Shown here: piece after piece, positions 21,754 to 31,533 of the stretch | Position numbering within the stretch: position 1 is the stretch's first letter | How the letters are laid out: every line of letters begins with the position of its first letter | Assembly: GCA_044356455.1 (NCBI GenBank) | Contig: JBIKWF010000007.1 | Coordinates: 15,465-79,464, forward strand | Reading direction: 5' to 3' | Source of the DNA: Bdellovibrionota bacterium | GTDB lineage: Bacteria > Bdellovibrionota_C > UBA2361 > JBGSMV01 | Length of the DNA: 64,000 nucleotides | Made by a program: the position numbers and the translations under genes | Notes under the pieces: model-generated | Seen by the model: the letters and a program-made list of their open reading frames with translations, nothing else | Told to the model about the DNA's origin: nothing | The model's database searches: none

Positions 21754-21886
21754 GGAGCCCCTGAAAAAGTCTGCTCTGTGAACTCTGTGTCCTCTGTGGT
21801 TGATTTAAATTGTTGAAAAACCACAGAGGACACAGAGCTCACAGAGAGAAGAAATAAGATATCGAGGTTTTTCAGAGGTTCCCGAA
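21750..21886 (+). mobile_element. MITE-like nested palindrome, subtype A
   Basis: TTAG-GGAGCCCCTGAAAAA...TTTTTCAGAGGTTCC-CGAA; the left TAG is the kinase stop. Confidence 0.88.
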
Positions 21887-21929
21887 GAGACTTCCCAATC
21901 AGCCAGGATCAGAGTACGACCAAGGGCGT

Positions 21930-22808
21930 ATGAAAAGAATTCCTTCTGCAGAGACTGTTCATGGCCTGCCGCGTCCGCGCGTCGCTTTCTTTGACCTCGA
22001 TGGCACGGTGGTGAATGCCGCGGGTGTCATTTCGACGCGCGTTAAAGAGAGCGTTCGGCGTTTGAAGGATGCCGGCCTAATCATCGCAATAGCTTCTGGG
22101 CGCCCTTGGTTTGGAGCCAGGGAGCAAGTCGCAGGCCTTGGCGCGACCGGTGCCTCACTGTTCTACTCGGGAGCTCTGCTGGCCGATCCTGTTTCAGGAG
22201 AAGTTTTTGTTGAGGAGTCGTTAGAAATTGACGATGCGCGTGCGATTGTGGAGAGATGCCGGTTCCATAATCTTTATTTTGAGTGGTACACGGCGCGTGA
22301 GTACTTTACTGAGTCCGAGTCTATGCTTGGTACTATTCATGCAGAGTATCTCGGGCACCCCCCAGTGGTGCGGAGCTTTCCCGCGCAAGAGTCATCGGAA
22401 GCTTCTGCATACAAGGACAAGATTCTCAAAATAGTTTTGATGTTACAGGGGAAAGACGATGAGCGACGCGCGAAGAACATGGCGTCAGAGTTGCCCCAGG
22501 TGGGAATCGGGTCGGCCCGTGGCGCTGCGCATCCTGAGATTCTATTTACCAATTTTACTTCCCCACGCGCGAGGCGTGACCAGGCCTTGAATTGGCTTCT
22601 TGCCCATTATGGAGTAAGCGAGAAAGAAGTGATCTCAATTGGAGATGCGGAATCCGACCTGCCTTTCCTTTCACGCGCTGGCTGGAGTATCGCAATGGGC
22701 TCGGCTCCCGAGGCGGTACGTAACGCTTCTCGCTTTGTTACCGGGAGTGTCGAGGAAGATGGCGCGGCAGTGGCGCTTGAGGCTATTGTAGGGCTGATTC
22801 AGGGTTAG
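21930..22808 (+). CDS. Cof-type HAD-superfamily hydrolase
   Basis: FFDLDGT, IASGR, IGDAESDLPFL, VTGSVEEDGAA. Confidence 0.9.
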   Translation: MKRIPSAETVHGLPRPRVAFFDLDGTVVNAAGVISTRVKESVRRLKDAGLIIAIASGRPWFGAREQVAGLGATGASLFYSGALLADPVSGEVFVEESLEIDDARAIVERCRFHNLYFEWYTAREYFTESESMLGTIHAEYLGHPPVVRSFPAQESSEASAYKDKILKIVLMLQGKDDERRAKNMASELPQVGIGSARGAAHPEILFTNFTSPRARRDQALNWLLAHYGVSEKEVISIGDAESDLPFLSRAGWSIAMGSAPEAVRNASRFVTGSVEEDGAAVALEAIVGLIQG

Positions 22809-22940
22809 GGAAGCTCTGATAAAGTCTGCTCTGTGAACTTTGTGCTCTCTGTGGTTGATTTAAATTGTTGAAAAACCACAGAGGACACAAAGTTCACAGA
22901 GAGAAAAAATAAAATATCGAGGTTTTCAGAGGTTCCTTAG
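22805..22940 (+). mobile_element. MITE-like nested palindrome, subtype A, with TTAG direct flanks
   Basis: TTAG-GGAAGCTCTGATAAA...TTTTCAGAGGTTCC-TTAG; the left TAG is the HAD stop. Confidence 0.88.
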
Positions 22941-23005
22941 GTATCTGCCTCGTCTTCCAATCTGTAGCGGAAAAGTCTTTAGGACTGTGGAATAATGGTG
23001 TTCCT

Positions 23006-23734
23006 ATGAATACCCTGGCAACAATAGATGTCTCAAAGTCGTACGGCGGACGCACCGTGGTAGACCGCGTATCGATTGAGGTTCATGCGGGCGAGGTTGT
23101 CGGGTTGCTTGGGCCCAACGGCGCAGGAAAGACCACTACCTTTTACATGTGTGTGGGACTTGTTGGCCCTGATAGCGGCGCGGTCACCCTCAACGGGAAG
23201 TTAATTACGAAAGAGCCCATGTATATGCGGGCGCGCCTGGGAGTTGGCTATCTGCCGCAAGAACCCTCCATTTTTCGAAAGCTTACGGTCGAAGAGAATG
23301 TGATGTCTATTCTGGAGACCATTCCAGAGCTCAGCCGCGCCGATCGTGACCACCGTCTTGAGGAGCTCTTAAGCGAGCTTGGTCTATCCCATTTACGGAG
23401 AAGCCTTGCGAGTTCTCTGTCCGGTGGAGAGCGAAGACGGGTGGAGATAACCAGGGCATTGGCGCGCTCCCCTATGTTCATCCTCCTCGATGAGCCGTTT
23501 GCTGGAATTGATCCCCTGGCGATTCGTGACATCCAGATCATCATTGAGCGCTTAAAACAGAAGGGGATAGGGATCTTAATCACTGACCATAACGTTCGTG
23601 AGACGCTTGGGATCTGTAACCGCGCCTACATCCTTATTGATGGAAAGGTCCTTGAAGAAGGGGCTCCTAGCGCCATCGCCCAGAGCGAACGGGCTCGCCG
23701 CTACTATCTCGGGGATGGGTTTGCACTCGCCTAG
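23006..23734 (+). CDS. lptB: LPS export ABC ATPase LptB
   Basis: GPNGAGKTTTFYM, YLPQEPSIFRKLTV, LSGGERRRVEI, DEPFAGIDP, TDHNVRETL; directly upstream of rpoN. Confidence 0.96.
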   Translation: MNTLATIDVSKSYGGRTVVDRVSIEVHAGEVVGLLGPNGAGKTTTFYMCVGLVGPDSGAVTLNGKLITKEPMYMRARLGVGYLPQEPSIFRKLTVEENVMSILETIPELSRADRDHRLEELLSELGLSHLRRSLASSLSGGERRRVEITRALARSPMFILLDEPFAGIDPLAIRDIQIIIERLKQKGIGILITDHNVRETLGICNRAYILIDGKVLEEGAPSAIAQSERARRYYLGDGFALA

Positions 23735-23903
23735 CAGGATGTAACTAGTTGATATTAAATGAGTTGTCTTTAATTTTGCGGCCGCGCACAATTTTTGCAC
23801 ACGAACGGCCTCCATCCACGTCAAAACCATAAGCACAGGTTGCTCACTTGAGTACTCCTTCGCTTGTTCTCGTTGGTTTGCACCAGTGGTTTGAAGTGCG
23901 CGT

Positions 23904-25379
23904 ATGGCTTTAGAAACAAAGCTTCTCCAAAAACTGAGTCAGAACCTGCTGATGACCCCACAGCTTCAGCAGGCCATTAAGCTCCTGCAGCTTGGTCGTC
24001 TCGAGTATCTTGAGGCCATTGAGAAGGAGTTGCTCGATAATCCTCTTCTCGAAGAAATGCGCGAAGAGGGCGAGGCGCCCACTGGCGTTCAGGCAGAGGT
24101 TTCTTCTCCTGCTGATGCACCCCCACCAGGTGAGCCTGGTGATTCGGGCGAAGCTCCAAATCCTGAGACTGCGGCGCCCGCAAGTGGCGATGAGTCCCGA
24201 GTTGATTGGGAAGGCTATCTTGACAGCTTCACTGATTCGAGTGGAACAGCGACGCCCAAGGGTACCGTTGATTTTGAAAACCGTCCCCAGCTTGAGCCGG
24301 GAACAAAAGCAGAGACTCTTTTTGAGCATCTGGTGAGCCAACTTCGCATGTCGGATCTCCCCGAAGATGACGAGCGACTTGCGCTCCAGCTCATTGGAAA
24401 CCTCGATAAGAATGGGTACCTGGTTGAGCCTCTTGAGGAGATATCGAAGGCCAGTGGCTGTCCGGTCGGCGACCTGGAGCGAGTACTTCAGGTAGTCAAG
24501 GATTTAGACCCTCCCGGAGTTGGGGCACGCGATCTTAAGGAGTGCCTCATCATTCAGCTTGAGAACATGGGTCTCGGAAATGCTCTAGAAGCAAGAATCA
24601 TCCAGAACCATCTCGATAAGCTTGAGAAACATCGCTACGACTTAATCGCGAAAAGCGAGCATGTCGCAGTGGAGGAAGTATACCGCGCGGTAAGTTCCAT
24701 CCGGCGCCTCGAGCCTCGTCCGGGTCGTCCCTTTGCTGATGACTCGACCCGTTATGTGACGCCCGATGTGTATGTCTACAAAGTGGGCGATGAGTTTGTG
24801 ATTTCTCTTAACGAGGACGGTCTGCCTAAGCTTCGCGTAAGTCCTTATTACCTAAAGCTCCTTAAGAGCGAGGATTCTACGGATGCGCCTAATAAAGCGT
24901 ATCTCAATGAGAGACTTAAGTCTGCCGCTTGGCTCATTCGAAGTATTCATCAGCGACAGCAAACGATTTATAGAGTTACCGAGAGTATTGTTAAGTTCCA
25001 AAAGGACTTTCTTGAGCATGGTATCTCGAAGCTTCGCCCCCTGGTTCTTAAGGATGTCGCCGACGATATCGGCATGCACGAATCAACGGTAAGTCGAATC
25101 ACAACCGAAAAGTATGTGCATACTCCTCAGGGTGTATTTGAGCTTAAGTTTTTCTTCACCACAGGAATTAAAGGTGGGGATGGAGACGTCTCCTCGTCCA
25201 GTGTGAAAGAGCGGATTCGTAGTCTCATAGGAGCCGAGACCGCAGAGGAGCCTTTGAGCGATCAACAGCTTGTAGAAGTCCTCAAGAAAGAGGGCATTAC
25301 CATCGCGCGCAGAACCGTGGCTAAGTACCGAGAGAGTCTCGGAATTGAGTCCTCATCCCAGCGCAAGAGACACTTCTAA
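23904..25379 (+). CDS. rpoN: RNA polymerase sigma-54 factor
   Basis: MTPQLQQAIKLLQL, HESTVSR, RpoN box ARRTVAKYRE. Confidence 0.98.
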   Translation: MALETKLLQKLSQNLLMTPQLQQAIKLLQLGRLEYLEAIEKELLDNPLLEEMREEGEAPTGVQAEVSSPADAPPPGEPGDSGEAPNPETAAPASGDESRVDWEGYLDSFTDSSGTATPKGTVDFENRPQLEPGTKAETLFEHLVSQLRMSDLPEDDERLALQLIGNLDKNGYLVEPLEEISKASGCPVGDLERVLQVVKDLDPPGVGARDLKECLIIQLENMGLGNALEARIIQNHLDKLEKHRYDLIAKSEHVAVEEVYRAVSSIRRLEPRPGRPFADDSTRYVTPDVYVYKVGDEFVISLNEDGLPKLRVSPYYLKLLKSEDSTDAPNKAYLNERLKSAAWLIRSIHQRQQTIYRVTESIVKFQKDFLEHGISKLRPLVLKDVADDIGMHESTVSRITTEKYVHTPQGVFELKFFFTTGIKGGDGDVSSSSVKERIRSLIGAETAEEPLSDQQLVEVLKKEGITIARRTVAKYRESLGIESSSQRKRHF

Positions 25380-25447
25380 ATTCTACCTTCTTGGGCTATC
25401 CTCAACTCAAGACTCTGGCGTGACATTTAAGTCCTAAGGAAACCTCT

Positions 25448-25762
25448 ATGCCAAATAGCTCTCGTATCGTGAATGTCAATCTTACGTTTCGTCACACCGA
25501 AGCAACCGACGCTTTAAAGACTTACGCCACTGACAAGCTCCGTAATTGTCTTCTTAAGTTCGCGCATCAAGATATTGAAGCCCACATGGTTCTGCGCGTT
25601 GAAAAAAATCGACAGATTGCAGAGGTTTCTTTTAACGCGGAAGGCACGAGTTTCGCTGGCAAGGAGGAAAAAGACGACCTCTATGCCGCTATCGATGCGC
25701 TTGTTGACTCTATGGGGCAGCAGCTTCGAAAGCACAAAGAGAAAATTACCGCGAAGCACTAA
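25448..25762 (+). CDS. hpf: Ribosome hibernation promoting factor (short form)
   Basis: TFRHTEATDALKTY...DLYAAIDALVD...QLRKHKEK; follows rpoN. Confidence 0.92.
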   Translation: MPNSSRIVNVNLTFRHTEATDALKTYATDKLRNCLLKFAHQDIEAHMVLRVEKNRQIAEVSFNAEGTSFAGKEEKDDLYAAIDALVDSMGQQLRKHKEKITAKH

Positions 25763-25895
25763 GGGTGGGTATTGCTCGGCGATCTTCTTCCCTGTGTAGC
25801 CCTGCAAAAGGCACAGCGTGTTGCGCTAGTGTTCGCATGGGGAAGTAGTAGGTGGAGCTAGATTCCCGCGCCGGAGGTCTGCCTCGAGGTTTTGC

Positions 25896-26876
25896 ATGAC
25901 ATGCGATGATGCTAGTTCTCCCAAGATGAAGTCTGCGGTAGGCGCTCAGGAGAGTGCTACGCATGAGCCTTCTCACGGGTCTCCGGTCGGAGCCCTCGTG
26001 CTGGTAGCGGGGCTTTCTGGCGCAGGAAAGTCAGTCGCGATAGATACACTTTCAGACCTAGGGTTTTTCTCTGTTGAGAATTTGCCCGTCCCCTTGTTTA
26101 AGAATTTTGTTGAGTTCTTGGCGAAGTCGGGCGCGAAACACGCGCGGGCGGCCCTTTCTCTCGATTTGGATTCGAGAATTAAGCTTGAGCAACTGATATC
26201 GATTCTTAAGTCCTTACGGGCGGAGGCTCGGTCTCCGACAATTGTTTTCCTCGATGCGAAAGTGGAAACGATTGTAAAAAGGTACGGGCAGACTCGTCGT
26301 CCACACCCTGGGTTTGATTTACAGCTCGATAAGACTCTGCAGGATGCGATTGTGCGGGAGCGCGATAGGTTGTTCCCGCTACGTGAAATGGCCAACACAC
26401 TTATCGACTCGAGTGAGCTCACGGTGCATGACTTGCGTGCGGAGATTCGTTCTTTCGCCTCGTCTTGCAAAGGCAGCACGTCTAGCGCCATGCGCGTGAA
26501 TTTTCTCTCATTTGGTTTTAAGCACGGAGTACCGATTGACTGCGATCTCGTGGTCGACGTGCGCTTCCTCCCTAATCCTTATTTCGTTGACGAATTGAGA
26601 GAGAAGACGGGGATCGATCCCGCGGTTAATGAATACGTCTTTCAGTCAGGGGCCGCCGAGCAGTTTATTGCGCATTATGCGGATCTCTTGAGCTTTCTCC
26701 TCCCTGAGTTTGCGAAATCAGGCAAATCGTACGTGAATGTGGGTGTAGGGTGTACGGGGGGACGCCATAGGTCTGTTGCTGTCTCGGGAGCTCTCGCTAA
26801 AGTATTAGGCGGCCGGATACCGGCTGAGCAGTATTTAGTAAGCGTGAAGCATCGCGACGTTGAAAAAGCCCAGTAG
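25896..26876 (+). CDS. rapZ: RNase adapter RapZ (YhbJ/YvcJ family)
   Basis: GLSGAGKS, TRRPHP, SFGFKHG, DVRFLPNPYF, GCTGGRHRSV; start uncertain. Confidence 0.93.
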   Translation: MTCDDASSPKMKSAVGAQESATHEPSHGSPVGALVLVAGLSGAGKSVAIDTLSDLGFFSVENLPVPLFKNFVEFLAKSGAKHARAALSLDLDSRIKLEQLISILKSLRAEARSPTIVFLDAKVETIVKRYGQTRRPHPGFDLQLDKTLQDAIVRERDRLFPLREMANTLIDSSELTVHDLRAEIRSFASSCKGSTSSAMRVNFLSFGFKHGVPIDCDLVVDVRFLPNPYFVDELREKTGIDPAVNEYVFQSGAAEQFIAHYADLLSFLLPEFAKSGKSYVNVGVGCTGGRHRSVAVSGALAKVLGGRIPAEQYLVSVKHRDVEKAQ

Positions 26877-27010
26877 GCGACGGGGAGACAAGTCCCGCGG
26901 TGCCGAAAGATTGCTCAGCGGGGAGTCTGTCCCGTGAAGGTTTCTACCACTACCTTTTGTGGTGGCAACGGGAGACGCCTCTCGCACTTGCGTGCGGTTG
27001 AAATCGAAGC

Positions 27011-27030
27011 AGGGCACAGAGTCCTTTTTT
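27011..27030 (+). terminator. Rho-independent terminator candidate after rapZ
   Basis: AGGGC-ACAGA-GTCCT followed by a T run. Confidence 0.4.
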
Positions 27031-27178
27031 ATTGAATAAGCATCTTAAAAACAGTGTTTTTATATTGACGATTCCGTGTTTTGCTCGGTATTACTGCCGG
27101 AATTTACTTTTTCACCCGCTTCCTCGCACGTTCTTGCTGGGGAAGAGAGCGAGAATACATCCATGCTAAGGAGTTCGT

Positions 27179-28354
27179 GTGGCGCTCAATAACTTTCTTT
27201 TCACGTCAGAATCAGTCTCAGAAGGGCATCCTGATAAGGTAGCAGACCAAATCAGCGATGCGGTGCTTGATGCCTATTTGGCGCAAGATCCTCGTAGCCG
27301 CGTGGCATGTGAGACTCTGGTAAAAAGCGACAATGTTGTCGTGGCGGGCGAGATTACCTCCAAGGGGAGTGTAAATTTTGATGACCTTGTTCGCGGCGTG
27401 CTTAGCGAGATTGGGTATGACGATCCTTCCATTGGATTCGACGCTCAAACGGTCAAGCTTATTACGCTACTCACCCGGCAGTCCCCCGATATCAGCATGG
27501 GCGTTGACTCAGACAACGAGAAGCAGAAGGAGCAGGGAGCCGGCGATCAGGGCCTCATGTTTGGTTTCGCCTGCGATGAAACTCCCGAGCTTATGCCTCT
27601 ACCGATATCAATGGCGCATCAGCTCATGAAGCGGCTCTCCTATCTTCGTAAGGAAGAGAAGGTGAAGTTTCTTAAGCCGGACGCAAAGAGCCAAGTGACG
27701 GTTGAGTATCGCGACGGCAAGCCTCAGCGCGTGCACACAGTAGTGCTCTCAACGCAGCACTCAGATGACATTAGCCTCAAGGATCTTGAGCGCTACGTAA
27801 TTGATAATGTCGTGAAGAAGATTGTGCCTGACCGTTTCCTTGATAAAGAGACGCGTTATTTTATCAATCCTACGGGCCGATTTGTAATCGGTGGCCCAGT
27901 CGGGGACGCTGGTCTCACAGGACGAAAAATTATCGTTGATACTTACGGCGGATACGGTCGCCATGGTGGCGGCGCCTTTTCGGGAAAAGATCCTTCGAAG
28001 GTCGACCGCTCGGCGGCGTATGCCGCGCGTCACATCGCCAAGAATATTGTGGCTTCGGGCGTTGCAAAGAAGTGCGAAGTGCAAGTTGCCTATGCCATCG
28101 GCGTGGCGCGGCCAGTGGCAATCTACGTAGATACTTTTGGGACTTCTAAAGTAGCAGAAGAGAAGATCGGGGCAGCGGTTTCAGAGCTCTTCGATCTTCG
28201 TCCTCAAGGCATCATCCAGTCATTGGATATGCTTAAGCCCATCTACCGGGTAACTACCAACTATGGGCATTTCGGTCGTGAGCCCACAGGTAAGGGCGAG
28301 TTCAGCTGGGAGCGTACCGATAAAGTCGATGCGCTTAAGAGCGCGCTTCGCTAA
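27179..28354 (+). CDS. metK: S-adenosylmethionine synthetase
   Basis: [43 protein letters not shown] before the GTG. Confidence 0.98.
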   Translation: MALNNFLFTSESVSEGHPDKVADQISDAVLDAYLAQDPRSRVACETLVKSDNVVVAGEITSKGSVNFDDLVRGVLSEIGYDDPSIGFDAQTVKLITLLTRQSPDISMGVDSDNEKQKEQGAGDQGLMFGFACDETPELMPLPISMAHQLMKRLSYLRKEEKVKFLKPDAKSQVTVEYRDGKPQRVHTVVLSTQHSDDISLKDLERYVIDNVVKKIVPDRFLDKETRYFINPTGRFVIGGPVGDAGLTGRKIIVDTYGGYGRHGGGAFSGKDPSKVDRSAAYAARHIAKNIVASGVAKKCEVQVAYAIGVARPVAIYVDTFGTSKVAEEKIGAAVSELFDLRPQGIIQSLDMLKPIYRVTTNYGHFGREPTGKGEFSWERTDKVDALKSALR

Positions 28355-28361
28355 AAGAGAC

Positions 28362-28449
28362 TTAGGGAGTCTCTGAAAAACTCACCTCTGTGTACCTCTG
28401 CGTCCTCTGTGGTTAATTTCTTCAAGAAAATTTCACCACAGAGGACGCG
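28362..28449 (+). mobile_element. Partial MITE-like element, subtype B (right shell missing)
   Basis: TTAG-GGAGTCTCTGAAAAA, CTCTGTGTACCTCTGCGTCCTCTGTGGT ... ACCACAGAGGACGC. Confidence 0.75.
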
Positions 28450-28494
28450 AATTCTTACTTACACCCCATGCTGTGCTGGCACTCTGAGCGCAGG

Positions 28495-28971
28495 CTATCT
28501 GCGCGGGTTTCCAATGGTGGGCCCGTCGTAAGCATAGCCCGCGCGCGAGTCATCAACTCGAATAGTGCCCTGCTCTTCAATAACGTCGCTGCGGATTTCC
28601 TCAATTTCTTCCTGATTCTGGCGGATCCGATTTGAGTTTCGTTCGACCGCAGAATCTAAACTATTCCGTTCGCGCGCTTGCCCAATTTCGTGAACGGCAA
28701 CTCCGACTACAATCCCCGCCGGAATTCCAATTGCGCCGCCAACCAGCGCGCTCTTTCCCACGCTTCCATTGCTCATGGCGCTACCGATGAGTGCTCCGGT
28801 TCCGGCACCTACTGCGGCGCCAGTGACGCCGCCCACAAGCGCTGCGTCATCTGATGAACTCGCGGCGCAAGCCTGTAGTAAAGCTGCCGCAACGCAGGTG
28901 AAGAGCAAGGCGAGGGGGGAGGGCTGTGGGCGGAACTTCATGACCATTTCTCCAGGGTGGTTATATACCAT
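28495..28971 (-). CDS. Glycine-zipper lipoprotein
   Basis: Lipobox LLQAC, GxxxG zipper GGVTGAAVGAGTGALIG, coiled-coil tail; true start may be a downstream ATG. Confidence 0.78.
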   Translation of the reverse strand: MVYNHPGEMVMKFRPQPSPLALLFTCVAAALLQACAASSSDDAALVGGVTGAAVGAGTGALIGSAMSNGSVGKSALVGGAIGIPAGIVVGVAVHEIGQARERNSLDSAVERNSNRIRQNQEEIEEIRSDVIEEQGTIRVDDSRAGYAYDGPTIGNPRR

Positions 28972-29071
28972 GAGTGATATGGAGGATTTACCTAGTGATG
29001 TGCCCTTCTTTTATGGCGCCAGGGGGCCAGAGTGTTCAGCGTAAGATACTAAGATCACTTAAGATAATTGG

Positions 29072-29160
29072 ACCACAAAGGACGCTAAGGACGCAAAGAA
29101 AGCTCAATGAGGACTAGTAATTTCAGCGTATTCCTTTGTGTCCCCTGCGTCCTTTGTGGT
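29072..29160. repeat. Shell-less periodic hairpin
   Basis: ACCACAAAGGACGCTAAGGACGCAAAG ... CTTTGTGTCCCCTGCGTCCTTTGTGGT. Confidence 0.78.
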
Positions 29161-29356
29161 GGAAACATTCAGGTGCCCTCATGGTGTGCTGTCTTCTCCA
29201 ACTGGCTAAAATTACAGAGAAAAAATGTGTGCCTGGGGCGCGGGAGGCTTGCCATGAGGTGCTATCCGTCGCATCTTGCAGCTCGGGGAGTTGAGCTGTT
29301 GCCCTTGCGGTAGTAGCGACTTCCCTTCGACCATTTCTTTTTATTTCTGGTTGGCA

Positions 29357-30163
29357 ATGACGCTTCCGCAGTTGTTTCGTTACGAGTCGGATAAGATTCC
29401 TGTCCTACTAATCGTACTTCTTCTCGTAGCTGACCTCGCGGTCTATTTCCTCGCTCAAAGTTGGTGGGTAGTAGTGGCGTGGGCGCTCATCGGTTTCGCC
29501 CCGAAGGCCTGCATTTGCTCGTGGAATCACCACCATCAACACGTCGCCACGTTTCGCCAGCGCGTTTTGAATCGAGTTCTTGAGGTTGTCTATGCGTTGC
29601 ACACGGGAATTTCTACCAACGCATGGGTGCTTCATCATGTGCTAGGGCATCATCTTAACTATCTTGATCAAACGAAAGATGAGTCAGCGTGGAAGGACGG
29701 GCAAGGAGTTCGCATGGGCCCCGCGCGTTATACTTTCACCATTGCGGGCACGGGTTATTGGCGCGCCTTTAAAGTGGGCAAAAAGCACCCAAAATATCAG
29801 CAGGAATTTCTTTCTTGCGGTGCGCTGACGCTCGCGCTGGTTGCGGTGCTTCTTTATTTTAATTGGTTTAACGCGCTCGTGCTGTTTGTTATTCCTATGG
29901 TGGTTGGGCTCCTCGTTACGAGTTGGCACACGTATTATCATCACTCGGGGCTCGATACTGATGACCCCTATCAGGCGTCGCACAATATCACCCACCGCTG
30001 GTACAATATGCTGACCGGAAACCTTGGGTATCACACCGCGCATCATGTAAAGCCTGGACTGCACTGGTCTAAATTGCCTGAATTCCATTCCACCATTAAG
30101 GATCGCATTCCTGCGCACCTGTACGTGCGCCCCTGTATTCCCTTTAAGTGGATGCCAGGGTAG
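29357..30163 (+). CDS. Membrane fatty-acid-desaturase-family protein
   Basis: His boxes HHHQH, HHVLGHH, HTYYHH, GYHTAHH plus TM segments; ATG at 29357. Confidence 0.88.
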   Translation: MTLPQLFRYESDKIPVLLIVLLLVADLAVYFLAQSWWVVVAWALIGFAPKACICSWNHHHQHVATFRQRVLNRVLEVVYALHTGISTNAWVLHHVLGHHLNYLDQTKDESAWKDGQGVRMGPARYTFTIAGTGYWRAFKVGKKHPKYQQEFLSCGALTLALVAVLLYFNWFNALVLFVIPMVVGLLVTSWHTYYHHSGLDTDDPYQASHNITHRWYNMLTGNLGYHTAHHVKPGLHWSKLPEFHSTIKDRIPAHLYVRPCIPFKWMPG

Positions 30164-30166
30164 CGC

Positions 30167-30880
30167 GTGAATACGAAATCTTTCCCTTCCGACCGCAGTT
30201 CTACAGGCAAAGCCCCACGTGTGCGGCGCTGGAGCAATCCCTATATCGAACGGCTGGGAAGCCTTCCCGAGCTTATTCTTGGGACTGAGGAACGTGAGCT
30301 AAGTGCTGAGGACCTGGCGACGCTTAAACGGCGCTGCGCAGAGACTCCGCGTTTGATGGTTGAACTTGGCTCTGGGTCAGGGTCACACCTCATTGATCAG
30401 GCCGAGAGAGAGCCGAATCGGCTCCATGTGGGAATCGAGCTGCGATTCAAACGTGTCGTTCGTACTGCGGAAAAGGCGGCTGAGAGAGGATGCCGCAACC
30501 TCTTGGTGCTACGCACAAGTTCCGACTATGTGACGGAATTGTTCGAGCCCAAAAGTATCGAGGTCCTCTATATCAACTTCCCCGATCCTTGGCATAAGAA
30601 GCGCTGGCGTAAGCATCGCGTTCTTAGTGATGAGTCCCTGGCGCGCCTCCATACTCTGCTCAAAGAGGACGGGGTGATATCTTTTAAGACGGATCACCGA
30701 GAATACTTTGAAGAGGTGGTAAGTGCCGCGCACGCCTCAGGGCTCTACAGAATTGAGCACTTATCTCTCAATTTGCATGCCAGTGAGCTTGTTACCTCGA
30801 ATGTGGTGACTGAATTCGAGGGCCTTTTTCTCTCCCAGAATCTTCCTATTCACCTTCTTCAACTAAGGAAGATCGGTTAG
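30167..30880 (+). CDS. trmB: tRNA (guanine-N7)-methyltransferase
   Basis: VELGSGSG, INFPDPWHKKR, FKTD, TEFE. Confidence 0.92.
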   Translation: MNTKSFPSDRSSTGKAPRVRRWSNPYIERLGSLPELILGTEERELSAEDLATLKRRCAETPRLMVELGSGSGSHLIDQAEREPNRLHVGIELRFKRVVRTAEKAAERGCRNLLVLRTSSDYVTELFEPKSIEVLYINFPDPWHKKRWRKHRVLSDESLARLHTLLKEDGVISFKTDHREYFEEVVSAAHASGLYRIEHLSLNLHASELVTSNVVTEFEGLFLSQNLPIHLLQLRKIG

Positions 30881-31140
30881 GAGCCCTCCTGCGGTAACCA
30901 CTACAGCTCGTGCCCGATATATCTTTCTTCGTAGGTTCCTAAGGACTTCTCGTAGGATTTGTAAGGACCAAAATTGAGTTTGGGGCCTAGTCGTGGCTTC
31001 AGTTACAATAAAGGCTCTCCTTGGGCTGATTGTCCCTGCGCGTTACCTCTGAAAATGACAAAATTGCGACAACATTCTTTGCAACGTTACGGGGTAGGCC
31101 TCGCATCATATGGGGGAGGACGGTGATAAGTCCTTGAAAG

Positions 31141-31158
31141 TTGTAACTAATTTGTAAC
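31141..31158 (+). promoter_or_regulatory. 11-bp-period direct repeat, candidate OmpR/PhoB-type binding site
   Basis: TTGTAAC-TAAT-TTGTAAC about 65 bp upstream of the small ORF at 31223. Confidence 0.4.
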
Positions 31159-31222
31159 AGAAATATCTCGCTGTGGTTTTGTAAGATTACGGTGGGTTAA
31201 ACGAGCAGGTTTTGGAGGAAGT

Positions 31223-31402
31223 ATGGAGAAGATTACTGAAGGTCAAGAGCGTATTCAGACCACGATTGGCGATCTTATTGAAGCTATCACTCAGATTGCC
31301 TTAGAGGCTGGAAAAACCGAGACCGAGGGTTATCGTCTCGCTTCTCTCACCATCGAGAGCATCTTGCGCAAGAATCGCAAGCACATCCCAGTAATAAATT
31401 AG
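31223..31402 (+). CDS. Small 59-aa protein missed by the ORF track
   Basis: GGAGGA RBS then MEKITEGQERIQTTIGDLIEAITQIALEAGKTETEGYRLASLTIESILRKNRKHIPVIN-stop. Confidence 0.75.
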   Translation: MEKITEGQERIQTTIGDLIEAITQIALEAGKTETEGYRLASLTIESILRKNRKHIPVIN

Positions 31403-31434
31403 ACAGACTTGGTCTAAACAAATCTTATCCTAAG

Positions 31435-31509
31435 CTCCCCTTAGTGTTCTCTGTGTTCTTAGTCGTTTATTAAAACAACCACTAAGAACACAGAGAACAC
31501 TAAGGGGAG
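31435..31509. repeat. Shell-less periodic hairpin between convergent genes
   Basis: CTCCCCTTAGTGTTCTCTGTGTTCTTAGT / ACTAAGAACACAGAGAACACTAAGGGGAG perfect arms. Confidence 0.85.
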
Positions 31510-31533
31510 GGTAAGTTTTTTGGCCACTTGTTC

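Noticed and set aside
26920..27178. SAM-I riboswitch upstream of metK
   Set aside because: Only a loose CCCGTGAAG...GGCAAC resemblance; the P1 ATC/GAT and GTGC-AA elements are not in the right order.
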